Assembly (NCBI GenBank): GCA_046716885.1
Contig: JBKJWL010000054.1
Coordinates: 8,708 to 72,707, forward strand
Source: Thermoanaerobaculia bacterium
GTDB lineage: Bacteria; Acidobacteriota; Thermoanaerobaculia; UBA5066; Gp7-AA6
DNA: 64,000 nt
Reading direction: 5' to 3'
Shown here: positions 57,348 to 64,000 of the stretch, piece by piece
Numbering within the stretch: the stretch's first letter is position 1
Layout of the letters: the number at the start of each line of letters is the position of its first letter
The notes under the pieces: model-generated
What the model saw: the letters and a program-made list of their open reading frames with translations, nothing else
Database searches by the model: none
What the model was told of the DNA's origin: nothing
Translations under genes and position numbers: made by a program

Positions 57348-60011
57348 ATGCGGCGGTTCGTCCTGTCAGTGCTGTGTCTGCTGCCCGGAGTTCTCGTCGC
57401 CGTTCCCGAGAAGGCGCCCACATCGTCCCCGGTCCCCGCCGCGCGTCTCGACGAGCCCCGGTTGAAGGCCCTGAAGGCGCGCGCGATCGGGCCGGCGGTG
57501 ATGGGCGGGCGCGTCTCCGAGATCGCTCTCGATCCCGAGAACCCGTATGTGTTCTACGTCGGGTTTGCGACGGGCGGGGTGGCGAAGACGGCCAACAACG
57601 GCGGGACCTTCACGGGCCTCTTCGATACGGAGCCGGTCGCCTCGATCGGCGCGGTCGCCGTGGCCCCGTCAGACCCGAAAACGATCTGGGTGGGCACGGG
57701 CGAGGCCAACGACCGGAACAGCTCCGGTTGGGGCGACGGAGTCTATCTCTCGAAAGACGGCGGCGAGACCTGGGCGAACGTGGGACTGAAGAGCTCGCGC
57801 GCGATCGCGCGCGTCATCGTGCATCCCACCGACCCGAGCCGCGCCTGGGTCGCCGCGGCCGGCAACCTCTGGGCGCGGGGCGGCGAGCGGGGACTCTACG
57901 CCACGCGCGACGGCGGCAAGACCTGGCGCGCTGCCCTGCAGGCCGCGGCGCCCTACGCGGACCGCGTCGGCTGCGGCGACGTCGTCCTCGATCCCTCCGA
58001 TCCCGACACGATCTACGCGGCCCTCTACGCCCGCGAGCGCCAGCCCTGGTCGTTCGCCGCGGGGCCCGACGCGACGGACGGCAAAGACCTCGGGGGCATC
58101 TTCAAGTCGACCGACGGCGGCGCGAACTGGACGAAGCTCTCGAAGGGCCTCCCCGGAGGAACCGCGCGCATCGGCCTCGCGATCCACCGCAAAAACCCGA
58201 AGATCGTCTACGCCATCGTCCAGTCGAGCGAGGGCGGAACCAGCGATATCCGCGACGTGACGAGCAAAAGCGGCGGGGTCTTCCGCTCGGAAGACGGCGG
58301 CGAGACCTGGGCGCGGCGGAGCAACCTGAATCCGCGGCCCTTCTACTTCTCGCAGATCCGCGTGGACCCCGAGAACCCGGAGCGGGTTTACGTTCTCGGC
58401 TTCGCGCTCCACGTTTCGGAGGACGGCGGCAAAACGTTTCGCGAAGACCGCTTCGGGAAGGTCCACCCCGACAACCACGCACTGGCGATCGATCCTCGGA
58501 GCCCGGAGCGGCTGCTCCTGGGCACCGACGGCGGCGCGTACCAGAGCTTCGACGCGGCGAAGAGCTGGGAGCACTTGAACCGCTTCGCGGCCGGCCAGTT
58601 CTACCGGATCAACCTCGACGAAAGCGTTCCCTACCGGATCTGCGGCGGCCTGCAGGACAACCTGAACTGGGTCGGCCCGAGCCGGACCCTGACGAAGGAG
58701 GGCATCCTCAACACTGACTGGATCAACATCGAGGGCGGCGACGGATTCTCGTGCGTTTTCGACCCCGAGAACCCGCAAATCGTCTACGCCGAGTCGCAGG
58801 AGGGCGAGATCCACCGCTTCGACCTGCGCAGCGGCGCCGTCAAGAACCTCCGCCCGTCGCCGACCGAGGGCCAGCCCGGCTACCGGTTCCACTGGAACTC
58901 GCCGTTGATCGGCAGCCGCCACGAGAAGGGAGCGATCTACCTCGCCGGCAACCGCGTCTTCAAGCTGACGTCCCGCGGCGAGGCGTGGAGAGTGATCAGC
59001 CCCGACCTCTCGACGCAAGATCCGAAGAAGACGACGACCGTCGGGAGCGGCGCCGAGAACTACGGCGTCGTCTACACGCTGGCCGAGTCTCCGCTCCAGA
59101 AGGGGCTCCTCTGGGCGGGCACGGACGACGGGAAGGTCTGGGTCACGAGCGACGAGGGGGCGAACTGGGCGGACCTCACTCCGAGTCTCCCGCCCGCCGC
59201 GAAGGGACTCTGGATGGGCCGCATCGAGGCGTCCTGGCACGATCCGAAGGCGGCCTACCTCGCGGTCGAGACGCACCGCTCGGGCAAGTTCGCGGCGCTC
59301 GCGTACCGCACGGCGGATCTCGGCCGCACGTGGCAGTCGATCGCCGGGGATCTGCCCGCCGACGGCCCGGTCAAGGTCATCCGCGAGGACCCCAGGAACC
59401 CGAGCCTCCTCTTCGCCGGCACGGAGCTCGGCCTCTTCACCTCGCTCGACGGCGGCGCCTCCTGGCAGAAGCTCGGCGGTCTGCCGACGGTCCCTGTCGA
59501 CGACCTCGTCGTCCACGGCCGCGACCGCGACCTCGTCGCCGCGACGCACGGACGGAGCCTCTACGTCCTCGACGACATCACCGCGCTCCAGGAGCTGACG
59601 GCGGAGGTCCGCGCGAAAGACGCGCATCTTTTCCCGCCGCGGCCCGCGCACGCCTTCAACCCGCTGCCCGGATTCGGCGACTGGAACGGCGTGGCGGTTT
59701 TCCGCGGCGAGAACCCCAAGCCCGGAGCGCTCCTGACCTGGTGGGTCAAGGACTTCACCGGTGACGAGGTCAAGATCGAGATCGTGAATGCGCTCGACCA
59801 GCCGGTTGCGAAGCTCTCGTCGCCGGCCACCCCCGGCCTCGGGAGGATCGTCTGGGACCTGAAGCCGTCAAAGGAGCTGCTGACCGAATACGGCGGCGAG
59901 GGCGCGAAGTTCGTCCGAGCGGGCGACTACAAGGTGACGCTGACCTTCGGGAAGGCGAAGTCCGAGCAGACCCTCGCGGTCACGGTGGCGCCGGGCATCG
60001 AGACGCGTTGA
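57348..60011 (+). CDS. VPS10/BNR-repeat glycosyl hydrolase-like secreted protein
   Basis: R.IGPA.MGGR, many S.DGG.TW repeats, GGLQDN, GTDDG, ATHGRS. Confidence 0.92.
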   Translation: MRRFVLSVLCLLPGVLVAVPEKAPTSSPVPAARLDEPRLKALKARAIGPAVMGGRVSEIALDPENPYVFYVGFATGGVAKTANNGGTFTGLFDTEPVASIGAVAVAPSDPKTIWVGTGEANDRNSSGWGDGVYLSKDGGETWANVGLKSSRAIARVIVHPTDPSRAWVAAAGNLWARGGERGLYATRDGGKTWRAALQAAAPYADRVGCGDVVLDPSDPDTIYAALYARERQPWSFAAGPDATDGKDLGGIFKSTDGGANWTKLSKGLPGGTARIGLAIHRKNPKIVYAIVQSSEGGTSDIRDVTSKSGGVFRSEDGGETWARRSNLNPRPFYFSQIRVDPENPERVYVLGFALHVSEDGGKTFREDRFGKVHPDNHALAIDPRSPERLLLGTDGGAYQSFDAAKSWEHLNRFAAGQFYRINLDESVPYRICGGLQDNLNWVGPSRTLTKEGILNTDWINIEGGDGFSCVFDPENPQIVYAESQEGEIHRFDLRSGAVKNLRPSPTEGQPGYRFHWNSPLIGSRHEKGAIYLAGNRVFKLTSRGEAWRVISPDLSTQDPKKTTTVGSGAENYGVVYTLAESPLQKGLLWAGTDDGKVWVTSDEGANWADLTPSLPPAAKGLWMGRIEASWHDPKAAYLAVETHRSGKFAALAYRTADLGRTWQSIAGDLPADGPVKVIREDPRNPSLLFAGTELGLFTSLDGGASWQKLGGLPTVPVDDLVVHGRDRDLVAATHGRSLYVLDDITALQELTAEVRAKDAHLFPPRPAHAFNPLPGFGDWNGVAVFRGENPKPGALLTWWVKDFTGDEVKIEIVNALDQPVAKLSSPATPGLGRIVWDLKPSKELLTEYGGEGAKFVRAGDYKVTLTFGKAKSEQTLAVTVAPGIETR

Positions 60012-60014
60012 GTG

Positions 60015-60077
60015 GGGGTCAGACCTTGAGTCTGGAGCCTCTCCGTTCGAAAAGGTTCAGATTCAAGGTCTGACCCC
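60015..60077. repeat. palindromic REP-like element
   Basis: GGGGTCAGACCTTGAGTCTG...CAGATTCAAGGTCTGACCCC (one mismatch) between convergent genes. Confidence 0.75.
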
Positions 60078-60093
60078 GTAGCTACCGTAGGGC

Positions 60094-62421
60094 CTACGGC
60101 GAGGCGCCGGCCGACGCGAGCGCTTCCTGCGATCCCGCGGCCCGCGCCTTCTCGAAGAAATCCGCGGCCTCGGATGATCTTCCGACCGCCGCGGCCGCGC
60201 GCGAGAGCTCGAGCAGCGTCACGTCGTCGGAGCAGGCCCACATCAGCGAGAAGTCATGCCCCCGACGGCCGGAGAAGAGCTCGAGCGCCTCCTCGAGCGG
60301 TTCCTCCCCATCGGTCCGCGCGAGACCGGCCAGCGCCTGGACAAGGAGGTGCCCGCCGCCGAGCGCCCTCGGCCGGCCGCGCAGATGGGCCACGGCCTGC
60401 GTGAACGCGGCGTGGGCCGCGGCGGTGTCGCCCTGGTCGAGCGCCGTGCGCCCCAGAGCGCAGAGACACACGCCGCGAAACGTGTCGCGGTACATGAAGT
60501 CGGAGCGTTCGACCGCCTCCAGCCCACGCAGACAGGCGCCGCGGGCGCCGGCCAGATCGCCGGAGCGGCGAAGGCACTCGCCGAGGTAGCCTCCGACGCC
60601 GGCGGTGGGGCCCATCCCCGCTTCCCCTTCCAAGGCCAGGCATTTCTCGAGGCACCAGAGCGCTTCCGCGTGGCTGCCGAGCTCCAGGTGCGTCCACCCC
60701 AGAGCGAGCCACGCGAAGCCGTGGCGCGGGTCGAGCTCGACCGCCCGCTGAAACAGGCGAAGGCCCTCGGCCCGCCTGCCAATCTGGAGGAGAGAAAACC
60801 CGCCGAAATAGGGGGCGTAGGCGTTCGCGGGGTCGAGCTCCATGGCCCGGCGTTCCTGCTCGAACGCTTCGTCCTGACGCCCCTCCCGCGACAGGCAGTA
60901 TCCCAGCCAGATGCGCGGCTCGGCCAGCTCGGGATCAGCCGCAATGGCCCGGCGTGCGTAGCTCTCGGCGATCTCGAGCTCCCCCGGATCCGTCTGAAAG
61001 GGGAAACGCATCGCGTGGACGGCCGCAAGCCCGGCGAGGGCAGGAGCGTACGCGGGATCGGCGCCGGCAGCCTCCTCGAACAGGACCCGCGCCTGGTCGA
61101 GCGTCCCCTTCTCGAGCCGATGAAAAAATCGGCGCCCCCGCGCGTGGCGCTCGTAGACGTCGATGCGCGGAGGCGCGCGAACGACCGGCGCCACGCCGCC
61201 GGGCCGCAGGTGCTCCGCGGCCGCGGCGGAAAGCCGGTCCTGCATCGCGAACATCTCGTCGAAATCGCCGTCGATCTTCTGCGACCCCACGGTCTCGCCC
61301 GTCACGCCATCGGAGAGCTGCGAGGTCACGCGCAGGCGGCTCCCGGCGCGCTGGTAGGCGCCGGAGAGCACCCACCGGCACCCGAGGATGCGGCCGAGCG
61401 TGGACGCGCCCCCATCGGTGTCCGCGAGGGCGTGCCGCACCTTCTCCCGCGGAACGAGTGAAACGCCAGGAAGGCGTCCGAGGTCCGCGGCGAGACTCTC
61501 GGCGAAGCCGCTGCCGATCCAGTCGTCGTCCGGGTTGCTCGAGAGGTTCCGAAGATCGACGATCGCGAGCGTGTCCGGAAGCGAGGCGACCAGCTCCCCC
61601 GACGCGAGCGCGCGCAGATCCGAGAGGAAGGCGGCCGCCGACGGATACCGCCGCTCAGGATCGCGGGCAAGAGCGCGGTGGAGCACGACGCCGGCCTCCG
61701 GCGCGACGCCCGTCCTGCGCAGCGGCTCGACGTCGGCCGCCAGGATCGCCGCGATCCGGTCCGCGGCGGTCTCTCCGGGGAAGGCGGCCCGTCCCGCCAG
61801 CGCTTCGTAGAAGACAGCGCCGAGCGAGAAGAGGTCCGACCGCTCGTCGAGCGGCTGCCCGCGGAGCTGCTCGGGCGACATGTATCCGAGCGTCCCGATC
61901 ACGGCGCCGGGCGCCGTCAACGCCACTTCGGTCGCGGCTTCGCTCGCGCCGACGCGCCCGAGCATCTGCGCGATCCCGAAGTCGAGCAGCTTGCCGAGGT
62001 TGTCCCCGGTCACCATGACGTTCTCCGGCTTGATGTCGCGGTGGAGGACGCCGGCCGCGTGCGCGTGCACCAGCGCCTCGAGCAGCGAGGCCATCAGGGA
62101 CAGCGCCTGCGGAAACGGAAGAGGGCCGCGCCGCAGCCGGTCCCGCAGCGTCTCGCCGGCGACGAACTCCATGGCGAGAAAGGCCACGCCGTCGGACTCG
62201 CCCGCCTCGAAGAACGTGGCGATCGCCGGGTGCTGCAGCCGGGCGCACGCCTCCGCCTCGCGCAGGAGCCTCGCTCGCGCGTCGGGCGACAGCGCGGACG
62301 AAAGCACCTTGACCGCGGCCATCCGGCCGAGGGCCAGATCGCGGGCGAGAAACACCTCGCCCATTCCTCCGGCCCCCAGTCGGCTCTCGACGAGATAGTG
62401 AGAGAGGGTGCGACCGAGCAA
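60094..62421 (-). CDS. Ser/Thr protein kinase with TolB-N-like and TPR domains
   Basis: GAGGMGEV, HRDIKPEN, DFG, YMSPEQ; C-terminal TPR repeats. Confidence 0.94.
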   Translation of the reverse strand: MLGRTLSHYLVESRLGAGGMGEVFLARDLALGRMAAVKVLSSALSPDARARLLREAEACARLQHPAIATFFEAGESDGVAFLAMEFVAGETLRDRLRRGPLPFPQALSLMASLLEALVHAHAAGVLHRDIKPENVMVTGDNLGKLLDFGIAQMLGRVGASEAATEVALTAPGAVIGTLGYMSPEQLRGQPLDERSDLFSLGAVFYEALAGRAAFPGETAADRIAAILAADVEPLRRTGVAPEAGVVLHRALARDPERRYPSAAAFLSDLRALASGELVASLPDTLAIVDLRNLSSNPDDDWIGSGFAESLAADLGRLPGVSLVPREKVRHALADTDGGASTLGRILGCRWVLSGAYQRAGSRLRVTSQLSDGVTGETVGSQKIDGDFDEMFAMQDRLSAAAAEHLRPGGVAPVVRAPPRIDVYERHARGRRFFHRLEKGTLDQARVLFEEAAGADPAYAPALAGLAAVHAMRFPFQTDPGELEIAESYARRAIAADPELAEPRIWLGYCLSREGRQDEAFEQERRAMELDPANAYAPYFGGFSLLQIGRRAEGLRLFQRAVELDPRHGFAWLALGWTHLELGSHAEALWCLEKCLALEGEAGMGPTAGVGGYLGECLRRSGDLAGARGACLRGLEAVERSDFMYRDTFRGVCLCALGRTALDQGDTAAAHAAFTQAVAHLRGRPRALGGGHLLVQALAGLARTDGEEPLEEALELFSGRRGHDFSLMWACSDDVTLLELSRAAAAVGRSSEAADFFEKARAAGSQEALASAGASP

Positions 62422-62483
62422 CGTCCCCTCCGCAGCGCCGATTATCTCCTTGCGAGGGGGGCATACAATCGCCCCACTTCTTC

Positions 62484-64000
62484 ATGACGCTCTCGGCCGG
62501 ATCCCGACTCGGGCCCTACGAGATTCTCGCGCCGCTCGGCGCGGGTGGCATGGGCGAGGTTTACCGGGCGCGGGACGCAAAGCTCGGCCGCGAGATCGCC
62601 ATCAAGGTTCTCCCCCCCGCCATGGCGTCGGATTCGGATCGACGCCAGCGCTTCGAGCAGGAGGCCCGCTCCGCCTCCGCCCTGAACCACCCCAACATCC
62701 TGACCATCTACGACATCGGCGAGGTCGATGGGACCGTCTATATCGCCATGGAGCTCGTCGAGGGGAAGACTCTGCGCGAGCTCGTCGCCTCCTCAGAGCC
62801 ACTGCCGACGAAAAGGCTCCTCGACCTGGCCGTCCAAATCGCCGACGGCCTGGCCAAGGCGCATTCGGCCGGCATCGTGCATCGGGACTTGAAGCCCGAG
62901 AACGTCATGGTGTCGAAGGACGGGTTCGCAAAGATCCTCGACTTCGGTCTGGCGAAACTGACGGAGGCCGCCTCGCAGGTGCAGTCCGTCCTGCCCACGG
63001 CCATCGCCGCGCCGACCGAGCCGGGAACTGTCATGGGCACGGCCGGCTACATGTCGCCCGAGCAGGCGAGCGGCCAGGCGGTCGATTTTCGCTCCGACCA
63101 GTTTGCGCTGGGCTCGATCCTCTACGAGATGGCGGCAGGCAGGCGGGCGTTCGAGAGGAAGACCGGCGCCGAGACGCTCGTCGCGATCATCCGCGAGGAA
63201 CCCGAGCCCTTGCAGCAAGCGGCTCCGAAGGCGCCGGCGCCCGTGCGCTGGATCGTCGAGCGCTGCCTTGCCAAGGATCCCGAAGAACGCTACGCCTCGA
63301 CCAAGGACCTCGCGCGCGACCTGAAGAGCGTCCGCGACCACCTGACGGAGACCTCCCTTTCCGGCGGCCTCGAAGCGGCCGAGCCCGCGAAAGCGCCGAG
63401 ACGTCGCTGGCTCGCGCCGGCAATCCTCGCCTTCGCCGCCGGTGCGGGCATCGCGCTCTTCGCCGCGCACAGCCTCGGCCTCTTCGTGCCGGACCCGCCG
63501 GTGTTTCAGAGACTCACTTATCGCCGCGGCGCGATCGTCACGGCGCGCTTCGCTCCCGATGGAAACTCCGTCATCTACGGCGCGGCTTGGGACGGAAATC
63601 CCATCGAGATTTTCACGACCCGGCCGGAGAGCCCGGAGTCGAAGTCGCTCGGCCTTCCCTCGGCCGACGTCCTGGCCGTGTCCCGCACCGGTGAGCTCGC
63701 GATCTCGCTCGGCTGGCGTTCCCTGGTCGGGTGGGAGTCCACGGGCCTGCTCGCGCGGGTCCCCGCGAGCGGCGGCGCGCCCCGGGAGGTGCTCGAGAAC
63801 GTGGAGGATGCGGACTGGTCGCCGGACGGCAAGGAGCTGGCCGTGATCCATCGCGCGGGGGAACGCGCGCGTCTCGAGTACCCGATCGGCACCGTCCTCC
63901 ACGAGGCGACGGGCTGGCTCAGCAACCCACGCGTCTCGCCCGACGGCCGCTTCGTCGCGTTCTTCCGTCACCCAGAGCGCGGCGACAACGCCGGCCGGCT
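62484..64000 (+). CDS. Ser/Thr protein kinase with TM and PD40/WD40-like repeats (runs off window end)
   Basis: Hand translation MTLSAGSRLGPYEILAPLGAGGMGEVYRARD...HRDLKPEN...DFGLAK; F.RLT..RG, ARFAPDG, WSPDG. Confidence 0.93.
   Translation, partial: MTLSAGSRLGPYEILAPLGAGGMGEVYRARDAKLGREIAIKVLPPAMASDSDRRQRFEQEARSASALNHPNILTIYDIGEVDGTVYIAMELVEGKTLRELVASSEPLPTKRLLDLAVQIADGLAKAHSAGIVHRDLKPENVMVSKDGFAKILDFGLAKLTEAASQVQSVLPTAIAAPTEPGTVMGTAGYMSPEQASGQAVDFRSDQFALGSILYEMAAGRRAFERKTGAETLVAIIREEPEPLQQAAPKAPAPVRWIVERCLAKDPEERYASTKDLARDLKSVRDHLTETSLSGGLEAAEPAKAPRRRWLAPAILAFAAGAGIALFAAHSLGLFVPDPPVFQRLTYRRGAIVTARFAPDGNSVIYGAAWDGNPIEIFTTRPESPESKSLGLPSADVLAVSRTGELAISLGWRSLVGWESTGLLARVPASGGAPREVLENVEDADWSPDGKELAVIHRAGERARLEYPIGTVLHEATGWLSNPRVSPDGRFVAFFRHPERGDNAGR

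Noticed and set aside
1-64000. CRISPR arrays, tRNA/rRNA, prophage, transposases
   Set aside because: No regularly spaced repeats, cloverleaf or rRNA signatures, or integrase/transposase motifs were seen by eye.

Overview
High-GC (~70%) bacterial chromosomal window. Gene content (Hanks kinases with TPR/PD40 repeats, many secreted M28/M20/M49 peptidases, BNR/VPS10 propellers, a kinase-associated-type ECF sigma factor) is most consistent with Acidobacteriota such as Thermoanaerobaculia; this is an inference. About 60 CDS are supportable, including aroH-tyrA, a pheA-aroF fusion, ampG/kinase/murQ, speA, egtB-egtD, metH, an Fe3+-type ABC transporter and two PIN toxin-antitoxin pairs. No rRNA, tRNA, CRISPR array, transposase or integrase was seen. 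Main observations: (1) a two-gene, secreted, split copper amine oxidase-like system that keeps three candidate Cu-binding His residues but has a non-canonical cofactor motif, GWYRY; (2) an unannotated Phe/Tyr-containing leader peptide plus terminator (attenuator) upstream of a prephenate dehydratase-ACT-DAHP synthase fusion; (3) three GGGGTCAG-ended palindromic REP/MITE-like elements; (4) several deletion-scar gene remnants; (5) probable CTG start codons and many leaderless genes; (6) a small protein paired with a DUF6036 nucleotidyltransferase that may be a toxin-antitoxin module.
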